64,000 nt of DNA. Source: the human T2T-CHM13v2.0 reference genome, Homo sapiens. The position numbers and the translations under genes are program-made. The notes beneath the pieces were generated by a model. It made no database searches and was not told the DNA's origin. It saw only the letters and a list, made by a program, of their open reading frames with translations. The stretch lies in assembly GCF_009914755.1 (NCBI RefSeq), contig NC_060928.1; one strand, 5' to 3'. Positions 1 to 14,189 of the stretch are shown here, one piece after another. Position 1 is the stretch's first letter, and the number at the start of each line of letters is the position of its first letter.

Positions 1-354
1 ACTCAAACTCTACTAACTCAGATAATATACAGAAATATCTGTAAGCCAGTGGTACTCAGTCTTCATTGTTGAGAGGGAGGCGATTTTCTAAATAATGTTA
101 CAGAGAAAAGAATTTAACCCAAGAGCATGATAGCCCACCAAAAGAATTCTTCTCTGACTGAAGTATGAAGGGTCCTTCTTTTCTCTTGAATCATTATCTC
201 AACACAAATCTTCTGTGCCTCCTTAGACACTGTGGCCACTGTCCACTTCTAGGACCTTCAACTACTCAACCACCATACCTGCCCAACACAGTTCAACTGG
301 CTGGGACTAATCAGGGACTTACCTTAGAAGTCCCCTTAACTCTCCACCCCTCAA

Positions 355-355
<1 letters not shown>

Positions 356-393
<38 letters not shown>
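356..393. repeat. (CA)19 microsatellite
   Basis: Uninterrupted CA run seen directly. Confidence 0.97.
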
Positions 394-397
<4 letters not shown>

Positions 398-479
398 CAA
401 GCCACCTAGTACTCACCTAGAGGTTCTGGCTCTTCCCCTCATTTCCAGGCTTGGATGAAACAGGAACACTATACATACA

Positions 480-920
480 TCAGGTTTGGGGTTTGGGGTC
501 CCATGTAGTTGGAGCAGTCATATGATATAAACTTGGAAATGTGAAGGAGTTAATTCCTAGTGGGACAAGTTTTGACCAATGAAAAACAGGCAATGGGAGG
601 TAGGTGGGAAGATAAACTTCTCCTTTATTCTTCCCAGAGAATGCTAGAGGCATGGTCCCTCCCTGCATCCACTGCAAGATGTCCCACATGCCAAGGGAAC
701 AGACCTGCTGAGCCTCCCATGCCTCATCAGCCAATGGCTCATCCCGAAGCAGAAGCCAGTTGTGCAAGGCATGACTGTGCATTGTTTCCTATACTCACTT
801 CCCTTTTTTCCTTTTTCTGCAGCTTCCCTGGCCTGGGCTTGTGCTTCCCAAATAAAATGTCAGTACTTTAATCCTTGCTTCAGGCTTTTTTTTTTTTTTC
901 CGCTAGAAAACTAAAGCCAT
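480..920 (+). mobile_element. Old ERVL-family solo LTR (LTR33/LTR41-like)
   Basis: ggagttaat...gaccaatg...gataaacttctcc and 3' cccaaataaa...tccttgcttcaggct resemble the LTR33 consensus. Diverged; boundaries approximate. Confidence 0.55.
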
Positions 921-1019
921 ACCTTATTAGACTGTTAGAGAGCACGCCTGATGGGTTGGTGTCCTCACTTCCAGTCACCGCCCCCTTTCCAATGGAATCC
1001 GACACTGAAGCATAAGTTG

Positions 1020-1600
1020 AATGTGGCATTTCCCTTCAGCGGGCTCCCACTGTCTGTAAAATAGAGTCCATACTCTATCATCTGGTGTTAATAGCCCTCT
1101 AGATTTGGTCTCAAAGTAATTTTCTGATTTTAGTTCAGTGATTTTTTAAATTCATATACCATGTTCTCTAACTAAACTGAACTACTTGAACCTTTTTTTA
1201 TTACCCCATGTTTTCTGACCTCCATGCCCTTAATTATGCTCTTTCCTCAATCTGAAATGTCTGCACTTACATCTCCTCTCTACATTTTAAATTCTGTCCA
1301 TCAAGAGCAAGCTCAAATGTCATCTTCTCAGATTAATTACCAATTCCTTCCTCTCTGCTGCCAGCCCACAAAATTTAATAATCTATTTTTTTGGAACCCC
1401 CAAATCATCTTGTCTGTGCTTCTCTTGTGGTACTTCTTACTTTTTACCCTATGTTATAGTATTTTGCTGTATTTCTTCTCCCCAGTTAGACCATAAGCTC
1501 CTTGCAGGTACATCTGACTGATTCATCTTTGTTTCCCAGAGGCCTGGCATGGTAACTTGCACATAATTGGTGTTTAAGAAAATTTTATGAAACAAATAAA
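1020..1600 (+). mobile_element. L2 LINE 3' fragment
   Basis: ttagaccataagctccttgcagg...cctggcatggtaacttgcacataa matches the L2 3' terminus. Confidence 0.7.
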
Positions 1601-1604
1601 CAGT

Positions 1605-1899
1605 GGTCGGGCACGGTACCTCATGTCTGTAATCTCAGCACTTTGGGAGGCTAAGGCAGGCAGATCATTTGAGTCCATGAGTTCGAGACCAGCCTGGGCA
1701 ACATGGAGAAACTCTGTCTTTACACAAAATACAACAATTAGCCAGGCATGGTGGCGCATGCCTGTAGTCCCTGGTGCTTGGGAAGTTGAGGCAGGAGGAT
1801 CATTTGAGCCCAGGCTGCAGAGGTTGCAGTGAGCCCAGATCGCACCATTGTACACCAGCCTGAGCGACAGAGTGAGACCCTATCTCAAAAGGAAAAAAG
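1605..1899 (+). mobile_element. AluJ
   Basis: Full dimer with J-type gaggatcatttgagccc; TSD aaataaacagt at 1594-1604 and 1900-1910. Confidence 0.95.
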
Positions 1900-4469
1900 A
1901 AATAAACAGTGTGCTTTTATATAAAAGCCCAGGATTGTGGTTAAAAACTAATTAAATTAAATTAAATTAAGTATTTCTTATCTTAAACCCTAGATCCTTA
2001 GTTTTTCAGGGATATACAGGAAAAAAAAAATGACCACAAGGATGCTTCTATTTGTAAGTTGAAAGGTCAGGAGATATTAATAGTTTGAATGCTGTGGCTT
2101 TCTGCCTGGGGCCATCAAACAGAACATGCTGTGCATTTTGCTGACCTTGGACAGTTGGCTAAGATGCAGTACTGAATGATCTAACTTCTTAAGAAGTGAC
2201 TAATCTACAAGACTTCTGAATCATTGTTCCTTCCTGAAAATGGAGGAAAAGTTTGATAAAGAAAAATTCCAGTCTGAGAGGATTGTTACAGTTTTTTTAC
2301 AACATTGTAAAGCCTAACAAACAACATAGCAAAAAAAAAGTATATTCTATTTAAATTTATATTATTTATAGTCATTCTATATTAATCACTTCTAAGATAA
2401 ATGAAATCTTCATGGAAACAGCAGGCAAAAACATTGGCTGATTATTTCTCTCGTATGAAATGCTAAACTATGAAATTCAAATATATTTGGAAAATTCAAT
2501 CATATATTTATTTCTTAATAACAACTAATGAACTTATAGAGAAACTCATGTAAAAATTCAATAGCATTTGAAAGGTAAATAAACAGCACTAATGAGCTTT
2601 ATTATAATACTTTCCCACTTATGATGTATGTTTGTGACTAACATCTGTTGGATAGTATTTGAGATTAGGAAAACTTATTTTATTAAAAAACAGGAAAATT
2701 TTACTTAATAAGTTAACATGGATGGGAAATCTATTTGTAAGAAGTTCCATTTGTGAAAAGGTATAAATATGTGGTCACACATAGTTATATTTTGTTGATA
2801 GAAATAGATTTTATTAGATCAATAGAATCAGGCAACAATGACGTGGTCAGCAAGACATTCTGAGAAGTAGCCATGATGAAGAGAAAGAAGTCATCAAGTT
2901 TTTCATCCTTACAACCACAAAAGAGAGAAGAATGGGGTTCAGTTGGGACAACAACAGAGGTCATATAGAAATGGCTGGGTTGGGGATCAAAGGACACGGT
3001 CAGCCTATGAACTCAGGAATTCCTTGGGTAGATCTCTATCTGTGGTTTGTCCTGAGGGCACCATCATGGCCAATATAAGTAAACCAGGTGTTTGTGGATC
3101 CATGTTGTCTCACCCGTCCTGTGTGTAAGTATCACTCACTGGCATGGAATACAGGAGGGCTATTCTTTACAGGGCTTTCGTGGGTTGGTTTCCAATGGGA
3201 ATCACTGTGATAGTCACTACCCAGTGGTTCTCCTTGCTCCTTATTTCTGCTAAAAGGGGATGTGTTCTCTCAGAGAAGTCAGCAACTGACTAAACCAAGT
3301 GACCACAGTCTGGGGTAGGCTCACAAAGGCCCAGTTCTGATGAATGCCCCCATAAATAAAAGGGTTACACTTTTTGCTGGCATAATTCCAAGAACTTGTG
3401 CTTTATGGCTTCCTCTTAAACTAGTCAAAAGAAGCTGTTCCATGCTTTAATACCTATGTACTAAGCTGGTTTCCCAGCCACTGTTTTGCTTTTGTTTTTT
3501 CCCAGAAAACTCGGAGGCCCCAGAGTATATGTAACAGATTCAGTGCATCCTTGGAAGACCTTTTCTACCTTCCCGATTGTGACTTTTTTTCATAGCTTCT
3601 CTGCAGTGCTTACCATACAACCAAATTAGTTCACTGAATTGAGTATGCTCTGTGTGAGATGTGAGCAAAACAAAAGCTGCTGGGAACACAGTAAGTACAA
3701 AATAAGATGTGAAATCCTTCCACCCTTACAAACAAACAAGACCCAAAACTAGGATCTTGGGTTTGATATTTTGTGGCTCTTTTAAAATTCCAAAATATTC
3801 CTTTTGCGTTAAATAGGGACAGTGTAATGCTCAAAATTGGGTTAAAGATCAAGGATTCCAAGTAAATCCAAAATAAAGATGATTGAAAAGAGCTAAAGAA
3901 TTGTTGGGCTGCAGCAGCCAGGCAATTTTGGTGAATTTCCAGGAATTCCAACTTTTCGGTTGGGTTTGTTTTGTTAATAATATACCCCTTATAGCAGAAA
4001 AACTTAGGTCCAAAAGCACAACTCACAAACAAGACCTTCAGTGTAATGTTTTTATTCTTCCCAGAGGAGCAAGATTGCTGAGAGCCTATCCACTTGGCCA
4101 CTTAAAAACTAGTCACCATGCAGAAAGTGCATTCTTAGAATGCCTCATGGAGTGACTCTTCTGTCTATGAGGTGTTTTTATCTTGTATGGACTTTAGTTT
4201 GGGATGCAAGTAGTCAGGAATGTCTAAGTCTACATTCTCCACAGAGTCCATCTGGTCCCCTAGAGAACAGTGAGAATTAAATATTAAACCATGGTAATAA
4301 CGCTAATCTCAATGACGAATATCTGCAGTTTAATGTTTAATCCTTACTGTGCTCTAGGGCGTTTGACTCCAAATACCTGTCTGATAATGGTTAAGTGGGC
4401 AACCCCACAGTTACCTGCTCCTTTAGTTGTAATACCTTCCAATTTTATAGCTCTTAGAGTAACACTTTC

Positions 4470-4650
4470 ATTGTAATAATCTCATGTAATCCCCATAACA
4501 ACCCTGTGTGTTATGTGTTATTATCATATTTCACAAATGAGGTCTATGAGATTAGGTGACTTTCCTAAATCTTACAGCTAAGTAAGTGTCAGAACTGATA
4601 CTGGAACGATAACATACAACTCCAAGTCCCAGCACTTGCTACAGCCACAG
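4470..4650 (-). mobile_element. MIR
   Basis: aatccccataacaaccctgt...acaaatgagg...ggtgactttcctaaatcttacagctaagt is the reverse-complement MIR core. Confidence 0.75.
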
Positions 4651-5021
4651 TTACCTTCCAGGTAATTATTAATACTTTCAAGATACATTCTCAAAGGAAC
4701 ACTTTAAGAAAAGTTTTATCTATCATCACAAATTAAAGGGACTTTGGTACCTAAGACAGGTCAACCATTGTTTGGTGCTGAACGCCCTAGAATTTAATGT
4801 CGTATGATCTACCAGATTGTAAAGGAAACTGAAAAGATGGAGGAGGAGCGGTATAATTAAGGAAAAACCAAGCAGTAGATTTTTACTGCTCAGTTTTATT
4901 TTTAAAAAGCTAAATATTTAAGGTTATTTAAAGTCATTTTGAAGCTGATACCATGGTTTCAATACAATGTTTAAATGAGGCCTTTTAGGGCTATGCAAGT
5001 TGTTGGAACTATGGACCCTTT

Positions 5022-5042
5022 TCCACCAGCAGGGGGCAGTAG
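5022..5042 (+). promoter_or_regulatory. Candidate CTCF binding site
   Basis: CCAGCAGGGGGCAG (5026-5039) fits the CTCF core CCASYAGRKGGCRS without mismatch, in unique sequence. Confidence 0.65.
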
Positions 5043-5310
5043 GCATTTCCCCATCGGTGTCCTCCTGTTGTATTAAGAGCCCCATGCCTGGCTCCCCACC
5101 ACCACCCTGGGTGAGGAGTCTGAGGATAGCAGAATAGAGTGTGCTGACTTGGTTTAATTCCTGAAAGTCTCGAGCTCTAACACTCTCTAGTAGAATGCAT
5201 CAAGGTATTGGGTTTCTCTACAAATTTTATATAAATTCCAGGAATTGGGAAGAAAAAATTCAAGGGTGTGCAATGAACTTTTGTTATTCAAGATCAGAAT
5301 AAGCTGCTAA

Positions 5311-5730
<420 letters not shown>

Positions 5731-6251
5731 TAGAGAGAATCCTTTTCCCTCTACTCTACGAAAAGGGCTGAATAAAGAATATCACAAATTTATATCATCC
5801 TGGGCAGTTGAGTTGCAAGTCAGTTATGTCCAGGCCAGCAAAATGGCCGAATGCCTGGATAGTATGATTATTATGAATAGTGGTAAAGCCTGAGGAATGT
5901 AAGAAACAGAGATACCCCTAAAAGAGAAGCAAGGTGCACACAAAGTCCCCATAGAACCTGTGAGAATGACCTCTAGGGAATCTTGACCTTTCCTCTTCAT
6001 CTCCAGTGCCCAACCCTTTCCATTTTCTCTCTCCCTAGACACAATCAGGCTGTAAAACGAAATCTGTCAGAAAGCACTGATGTATTTTAAGCTTGTAGAG
6101 GAATTTCAAGGAGAAAGAGACTCATACCTCAGGGCCCCTGGGTCTCAGGCTATGAGCTGATCCTGAAGCCAGAACCTGGTAACCCACCTAGGTAAAACAA
6201 ACCTTGTTACCTTCCTAGGTTTGGTAATTGGGTCTACAAAATAAACTGATA

Positions 6252-6554
6252 GGCCGGGCGCGGTGGCTCACGCCTGTAATCCCAGCACTTTGGAAGGCGG
6301 AGGCGGGCGGATCACGAGGTCAGGAGATGGAGACCACCCTGTCTAACACGGTGAAATCCCATCTCTACTAAAAATACAAAAAATCAGCCGGGCGTGGTGG
6401 GGGGCCCCTGTAGTCCCAGCTACTCAGGAGGCTGAGGCAGGAGAATGGTGTGAACCCCGGGAGGCGGAGCTTGCAGTGAGCCGAGATCGCACCACTGCAC
6501 TCCAGCCTGGGTGACAGAGCGAGACTCTGTCTCAAAAAAAATATAAAAATAAAT
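6252..6554 (+). mobile_element. AluY
   Basis: CpG-rich with gagatggagacc, ctaacacggtg, aatggtgtgaacc and gagcttgcag; TSD aaataaactgata. Confidence 0.95.
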
Positions 6555-6639
6555 AAATAAACTGATAACAGGGATATTAACGACACAAAAAACAAAATTT
6601 TCACTGTAATTTTTAATATTTTAAAATATGATCTAAAGT

Positions 6640-7114
6640 TTTAAGTAATAAATTATTTTTAACGTATTTTGTAATATTACATGCACAGAGACATCACAGG
6701 AAAAATGTGAATACACAAGTGGGGATGTTTGAGAGCTTATATACACTGTCATAAGAGGAGAAGTGGAGAGAGGATGTAGACCACTTAGGGAAGAGTCAAT
6801 GAATTTTAGGAAAGATTAATGGACCCTTAGAAGAAGAGATGAGAGATATAACAGTTTGTGACAAAGTGTGTCTGGGTGTGGTGTCAACCTCTGGTCTCCT
6901 CTCTTGTGATTAAGAATCAATCTTTCCTGGTTGATGAAACTCCTGGGGAAGGAATTTATGACAATTGAGTTCCTCTTGGAGGATCTGTCTTTAGGCAGGT
7001 AATAAGAGCTTAGAGAAAGCTTCTTGCATTTGCTGTTTTTCAAGTGCCTTAAGCTCAAAATAATCAACATACCAAAGTGGCATATTTTGGGGTGCCATGT
7101 CCTGAACTCCTTCA
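6640..7114 (-). mobile_element. ERV1 LTR, MER34/MER39 family
   Basis: Reverse complement starts TGAAGGAGTTCAGGACATGGCACCCCAAAATATGCCACTTTGG, as in the MER34 5' end. The other boundary is approximate. Confidence 0.8.
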
Positions 7115-7523
7115 ACCTAATTCAAAAAGAAGTCTCAGCTACTGCCACAGTGGGATTTTAAATTGAAATGTGAACGTGCCTGAAGATATGTCCCTGTGTT
7201 AGTCAGCATGGGCTGCCATAACAAAATACCACAGACTGCATGGCTTAAACAGCAGAAATGTATTTCTCACAGTGCTGGAGGCTAGGAAGTTCAACATCAA
7301 GGTGCTAGAAAGATAGGTTTCATTCTCAGGCCTCTTCTTTTGGCTTGTAGGTGGCAACCTTCTTGCTTTGTGCTCACATGTCCTTTTTGTGCAAGGAGAG
7401 AGCAAGATTTCTGGCGTCTCTTTTCATAAGGATGCTAATCCTGTCATATCAGAGCCCCACCCTTGTCACGTCACATAGCCTTTGTTACCTCCTTACAGAT
7501 CTTATTTTCAAATCACCTTAAGG

Positions 7524-8052
7524 CAAGGGTGCCCAATCTTTTGGCTTCCCTGTGCCACATTGGAAGAATTGTCTTGGCCCACTCAAAAGATATACTAACA
7601 CTAACAATAGCTGATGAGCTAAAACTTAAAAAATCACCAAAGAAAATATCATACTTTTTTTTGTTTGCTTTTTTTTTTTTTTTGAGACAGGGTCTTGCTC
7701 TGTAGCCCAGGCTGTAGTGCAGTGTCGCCATCTTGGCTCACTGCAATCTCGGCCTTCCAGGTTCAAGCAATTCTCCTGCCTCAGCCACCCAAGTAGCTGG
7801 GATTATAGGCATGTGCAGCAACACCCGGCTAATTTTTGTGTTTTTAGTAGAGACAGGGTTTCACCATGTTGGCCTGGCTGGTCTTGAACCCCTGACCTCA
7901 AGTGATCCACCCACCTCAGCCTCCCACAGTGTTAGGATTACAAGCATGAGACACCATGCCGACCTCATAGTGTTTTACAAATTTGTGTTGGGCCCCATTC
8001 AAAGCCATCCTGGGCCGCATGCAGCCTACGGGCCGTGGGTTGGACAAGCTTG
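7524..8052 (+). mobile_element. MER30 (hAT-Charlie MITE), split by an Alu
   Basis: caagggtgcccaatcttttggcttccctg...gggttggacaagcttg; perfect 8-bp TSD ccttaagg at 7516-7523 and 8053-8060. Confidence 0.92.
7654..7964 (-). mobile_element. AluS (Sz/Sx-like) inside MER30
   Basis: Full antisense Alu with a poly-T start. Confidence 0.95.
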
Positions 8053-10301
8053 CCTTAAGGGTTAAGGTTCAACATACGAATTTGGAAGGTGGAGGCATGG
8101 GGGAACACAACTCAGTCCTTAGTAGCATAGAAGTCCCCTTTCCCCATTCTTTGGGGTCAATATGCCCTAATCTCAGATGTGACCAGACCTTTTAGCAGAC
8201 TTATCTAAAAGCATGAGAAAAATAAAAAGTAGTGCTTCCTCATCTGAAAGGTTACAGGCCCTCTCAAGTGAATGCTGATGAGGAGGATGTGTGGCCTTGG
8301 ACTTCTGGACTCTATAAAAGGCCAGAATTATTACAGAGTGGCAGTTTAAAAATGCATCTTAAAGAACAGCAAATGTGTTCCATTTGGGGGGTAATTTTAA
8401 TATTTGGATAGGCATTAGTACTATGTATTGGGTGTAATTTCAAACAAAAATAGTTTCATCAATGTGCCACATTTGACATTTAATATTATTCTGTCTCTGG
8501 GAACTGGATTCTCAGTTTTACAGATCCCTCTGCAAAGTCCATGCCCCCTAGCTACCCACAGCGTGACACTAGCTCTCTACTGTCTAGCTATGTCAGCATC
8601 ACAGTGAGAATGCCCTAGCATCCAAACCATTATGGGTAAAGGAGATTTTGGAAATCAGCTAGCCACAGCAAGGGAAGCAATTGAAGTCATTAACTTGTTT
8701 TCTTCCAGCACAGAAAAGGGCATTTTCTTTGTCCTCAATTGACCAAAAAAATGCTTTTAAACACTCAAGGGGAAGTAGTTTGCAAATGGCGAGCATGTTA
8801 ATGGTAGTTATCAATTTGACTCCCATTTCCCAGGCTGGAGAAGCCTGTGTGTGCAGTCCCTCAACACTGCCTTCTGAAGGCGCACCTCCTGCAGAGGTGT
8901 TGACGGGAAAGACGAGGAAGAGGGGATAATGTGACCTGCTTTCACCAGGAAGCTTCAGATCATTTCCCTTTGTCTCTGTGCTCCTTTGGGAGATTTTGAT
9001 CCAATTTGCTGTGGTGAGAAGAAGCTCTCAACATTACAAGGGGGAAAAAAACCCAAAACTTTCATTTTCCTCCTAAGAAATGAAATTTTATTTCTGGATG
9101 ACAAGGGCTTTGGAAGGCCATGGTGTGGTAAATGAGTGATCCTTTCATAGCTGTTGAACATCAGTAGACCACACATCCAAAGTATAGAGGCAGCTCTTAA
9201 AATACCAGCCAAAGGAAGAAATTTAGAGAGCAGAATGTCTTTAAGGAACTATGTGAATGTTATTGATTCTTTCAAATAATGGTGTAACCTCTGTGATAGA
9301 GCAACAATCTTCATGAGCTGTATTTATAAGGAACTGAGTTCATGAAGACAGCACAGGGGGGTCTGGCGATGCAGGGCCCTTTGTTAGCCATTGTTCTATT
9401 ATTAGTATTGTTAGCATTGCCCTGCACAAGTTATCCACTTTTTCTCCAGTCCCCTGGATATTCAGCAGAAATGCTTTAAGAATGCCTGTAACTTACTCTC
9501 CTGCCTGGCATCACCCAGGAGTTCAGGAGTGCAGTGACAGGAGGTTAACTGAGCTCTTGAAGAAAGATGCTGTGGACAGAGAGGTATAAGTCAGAGGAGT
9601 GACACTTTCCTTGATGATAGGAAAGAAGAAAGCTGAAATCCCAAGTTGCTCTCTGACATTTGCCATCCACATAAATTGATGAGAGAGTTCGTTATTAAGG
9701 GCCTTTTTGTTTAATTAGAAATCAAACCAAAAGACCCTGCTGTCATAATTTATTCTCTTGCGAAATTATGTGATCAGAGGTTCCAGCCATAACCACAGAG
9801 GAATTGGAGGTTGGTAAATGACGCTCTGAATCAAAGCTTCAAAGACATAGGAGGGGCAGAGGGAAAAAGAAATGTATCATTAATAAACAGGGTGAGCAAG
9901 TGGGCAAACATTCACCTATGATGTCACCTGCTTCTATATGATGAAATATTACGCAGCCAGTTTCAGAACACTGTGCATCCCATTTTTCATTACTTCAACA
10001 ATGTGAGATACTAAATTAATGTCAATTTTTTTAATACTTAAACTAAACAAAAGCCCAATTCAATCTATCACAAGCCATAGATGAATGAACTGCATAGTAT
10101 GGATGTACCACGGTTTCCTCAACTACTCCCTTATCATTGGGCACCAAGACGGGTCCCTCTTCTAGAAACAATGCTGCAACGAACATCCTTGTTCATGGAA
10201 TCTTACATATTATAACTTTTATTTCTTTTTTAAAAAAGTGTCAATATTTCAAACATAGAGGAAAGAACAGATGATAACTGAAAAACACAGAAGTGTGAAA
10301 C

Positions 10302-10597
10302 TTTTTTTTTTTTTTTTGAGACAGTTTCACTCTTGTTGCCCAGGCTGGAGTGCAATGGTGCGATCTTGGCTCACCGCAACCTCCGCCTCCTGGGTTCAAG
10401 CAATTCTCCTGACTCAGCCTCCTGAGTAGCTGGGATTATAGGCATGCGCCACCACGCCTGGCTAATTTTGTATTTTTAGTAGAGACGGGGTTTCTCCATG
10501 TTGGTCAGGCTGGTCTCAAACTCCCGACCTCAGGTGACCTGCCCGCCTCAGCCTCCCAAAGTGCTGGGATTACAGGCATAAGCCACTGTGCCCAGCC
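10302..10597 (-). mobile_element. AluSp
   Basis: caccgcaacctcc and ctcccgacctcagg diagnostics; TSD tgaaac. Confidence 0.95.
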
Positions 10598-12154
10598 TGA
10601 AACATTATTTTTTAAAACAATTGTTAACATTTTGCCATATTCAGGTTTTTTTTTAAAAAAAAAAAAGAAAGCAAAAAAACAAGGTTGGAATTGTAGTTAA
10701 AGATCTCCTTATTTCTCTTCCATTTCATCTCTTTCTCTCTCTAATCATTATCTTAAATCAGCTATATATTGTCTCCATTCACATTTTACTATGTGTATAA
10801 AGTCCTGTGTAATTTTAAAATGTACATAACTGAGCTCATACTCTAGGTATTTTCCTGCAATTTGTTTTTTATTCAACATTATATTTTTGAAAGACTTATC
10901 ACATTGACATATGTAGAGTTAGATCTTTAATTTTGACAGATATAAATCTATCTCATATCAATATTTACCTATAAAATACAATGTCATTCATATCATGCCA
11001 ATTGCTATATAAATGATGCTTCATAAATCCTTCCTATACATGTCTCCTTGAGGTTCTCTTTGGTACATATACCCAGCAGTGAAGTAGGTGGGGGTGTTTA
11101 TCATCAACTTCACATGGTATTGCCAAATTTATACCTATATGTACTTCTACAATATATAAGAGTTCCCATTTCCCCACATTATTACCAATCCTCTTTAATC
11201 TTTGCCAACTTTATGATATGAAATGCTGTCTCATTATAGTTTTTATTTTATTTCCCAGATTTCTAGTGAATTAAGCGTAGTTATGAAAGGTTTATTGGCC
11301 ATTTGGTTTTCCTCATCTGTGAATTCATGTGCTTTGTCCATTTCTTTCTCTTGGGTTGTCTTTTTCTTATTGAATATGGAAAAATTATGTGTATTAGGTT
11401 GAGTCAGATATCTTTTTTGTTGGTCAAAAATTGTTGAATATTGGCAATTTCATATAGATAAAAACAAGTATTTCTGGATATTAATATTTTGATCATTTTA
11501 TGAGTAGCAGCTATCTTCTGCCAGTTTATGACTTTCCTTTTAAATGTGTTTATGACATATTTTGGCATATAGAAATAAATACTAATATAGCCAATTTATC
11601 AACATTTTCCTTTATGGTTCATGTTTTCTCCGTTTTCTTGAGGAAACTTTTCCTACCCCATACCACGAAGAGATGGCTCTCATATTTCTACAGTATTGAT
11701 TTCTCAGAAGTAGGATTTCTAGATTATAAGATATATGTGTGTGCATTTCAATCTTCCTTAAATTTCCAACACCAATGTGTGAGAGTATCCTTTTCAAAAA
11801 AACTGTCTATCTGATAAATGAGAATAAATATCATTAATTTACATTCCCTTGATAACTAGTGAAATAGAGCATCTTTTTATGAGTTTAATCACCATTTGGA
11901 TTTGCTCACCTGTGAATTTTCTAGTCATATTACTTGCTATTATGTTTGTTTCACTGTTTATCTATTTCTTACTAATTTGTGGGAGTTATTTGCATTTTAC
12001 TGATAGTAACATCTTATCTGACATATCCATGGCAATTTCCCCCTAATCTAGCATTTGTATATTACCTTGAACAATTGTATGTCTTTCTATACTAAAAAAT
12101 TTACATATTTATATATCAAATATGTCCACATTTTCTTCTATCGCTTTTAAGTTT

Positions 12155-12472
12155 CTTTTGTTTGTTTGTTTGCTTGGGGTTTTTGGCAGGGACAGGGTCT
12201 CACTCTTTTGCCCAGGCTGGAATACAATGGCACAGTCACGGCTCACTGCAGCCTCGACCTCCCAGACTCAAGTGATCCTCCCACCTAAGCCCCCCAAGAA
12301 GCTGGGACTACAGGCGTGTGGCACCATGCCCAGCTAAATTTTTTATTTTTTGTAGAGACAGGGGACTTGCTATGTTGCCCAGTCTGGTCTTGAACTCCTG
12401 GACTCAAGTGATCCTCCTGCCTTAGCTTCTCAAAGTGTTGAGATTACAGATGTGAGCCACTGTTCCTGGACT
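12155..12472 (-). mobile_element. AluJ
   Basis: cagcctcgacctcc...caagtgatcctccc; TSD taagtttctt. Confidence 0.93.
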
Positions 12473-13220
12473 AAGTTTCTTGCTTTGATACAATGTATAT
12501 AAAAGTCTCTCTGATCCATAACTTATACATATATTCTTCTAAACTTTCTTCTGAGATTCTGTTTGCTTGCTTTGTTTACTTTTGAATATTTAATCTCTCT
12601 TAAATTATTATGTCTATTGTGAGACAGATGTGGAAATAGAAACAATTTTTGTATCATTGGATACCCTGATATGTAAATAAAATCCATTCACATCCTATTG
12701 CATCACATATGTTGCATGTTTGATTTGTTCCACAGCTCATAGGTGAAAGAGTCATCGCATGCTTTTATTTTTCTAAATTCATTTCAGTAAGACTCTGTCC
12801 CTTCCATCAGGGTTGGTGGGAAGTCTAATCTGTCATTTTCTCAGGGAGCTCCTCTTACCCATTTGGCATTATACAAGAACTCTAGGACCCAGTGGTCAGA
12901 GATAATGGGGATGAAGTTCCTGGTTATCAGTTAGTTGGGTTTATCTCTGAGAACTTGGACTTCCTGACCATGTAATCCATTTGTCATGGGTAACTCCTCT
13001 GGCAGTGTTTATATTCTCCATGGCCAGGTTTTAGCAGTGTTATCTTCACTGAGAATCCCACTCAGGATGCTGAGTTCCTGGCCTGCCTGGGTTCAGGCAG
13101 AACCATGGCTATTGGCGCTCCTACCAGCTCCTGAGCTTTAGGTAAGTGCATCAATCCCATCCTACTGTCTTCTGGAAACCAACTCTCCTCCTCCCTGTCC
13201 CAAAGGTTGGGTCCTTCTCT

Positions 13221-13521
13221 CTCTCTCTTTTTTTTTTTTTGAGACAGAGTCTCACCCTGTCACCGAGGCTGGAGTGTAGTGGTGCAATCTTGGCTCACTG
13301 CAACCTCTGCCTCCTGGGTTCAAGTGATTCTCCTGCCTCAGACTCCTGAGTAGGTGGGATTACAGGTGTGCACCACCATGCCAGGCTAATTTTTGTATTT
13401 TTAGTAGAGACAGCGTTTCGCCATGTTGGCCAGTCTGGTCTGGGGCTCATGACCTCAGGTAATCCGCCCGCCTCGGCCTCCCAAAGTGCTGGGATTACAG
13501 GTGTGAGCCACCACACCCAGC
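13221..13521 (-). mobile_element. AluSx-like
   Basis: Full antisense Alu; TSD tgggtccttctct. Confidence 0.95.
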
Positions 13522-14189
13522 TGGGTCCTTCTCTTGTATTCTCCAAGTACATAGACTTGATCCCAACTCCTCTAGGAGATCCAGCTTAAATTCTCATCTT
13601 TAGGGCTGAAAAACAAAAGAGTATGTTAACAGTGGGGTAGTGAGGAATGAGGGTGCAACAGGGTGGTTAATGAAGGGTAGACTTCATTAGCAAAGACTTC
13701 CTGGGTAAGAAATCTCATGCCTAATAGATATTCAGTAGCTCATCTCCCATCTACCAAGAATGAACAGCATGCTTCTTTTAAAATAGTGAAAGCTTAATAA
13801 ATTGTTAACAACTCATATATCATATCATATGGGGTGCATGTGTGTGTAAAATCTTTATATACATAAACATCTGGAAGAATGTACACCTAATCTTTAATGT
13901 GGCTATCTCCAAAGTTTGAAAATTATGAGAACTTCTATTTTTTATTTCTATATCGTGAGTTATTTTTTAAATCTTAAAAATTAGAAAAATGAATATATTC
14001 AGGAAAATGTCACAAAATGATGGAAGGATATTGGCAGCAAACAAAGACCTTCTAAACAAAATTTGCAGAGGCCCTCCAGATATTTATCCACCAAACACCC
14101 TTTTCAGACACTAGGGGAAGAGGGATATAAAGGCTGAGCAGTGAGCAAGGGAGAGCTGTCCTGTATGTTCTCAAACAGCTGTTGGGTGT

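Larger units (their letters stand above)
7195..8127 (-). mobile_element. MaLR LTR (MLT1A-like), split by MER30
   Basis: gggctgccataacaaaataccacagact...cacagtgctggaggctaggaag; resumes after 8060 (ttcaacatacgaattt...cacaactcagtcc). Confidence 0.85.
10080..12660 (-). mobile_element. Old L1 (L1ME-type) 3'/ORF2 fragments, interrupted by Alus
   Basis: aacaatgctgcaacgaacatcctt, agagttcccatttccccacat, ttattggccatttgg and actagtgaaatagagcatcttttt. At least two overlapping fragments. Confidence 0.7.

Noticed and set aside
12790-13200. Possible LTR/ERV-internal or L1 5' fragment
   Set aside because: It looks repeat-like, but I could not match it to a consensus I recall.
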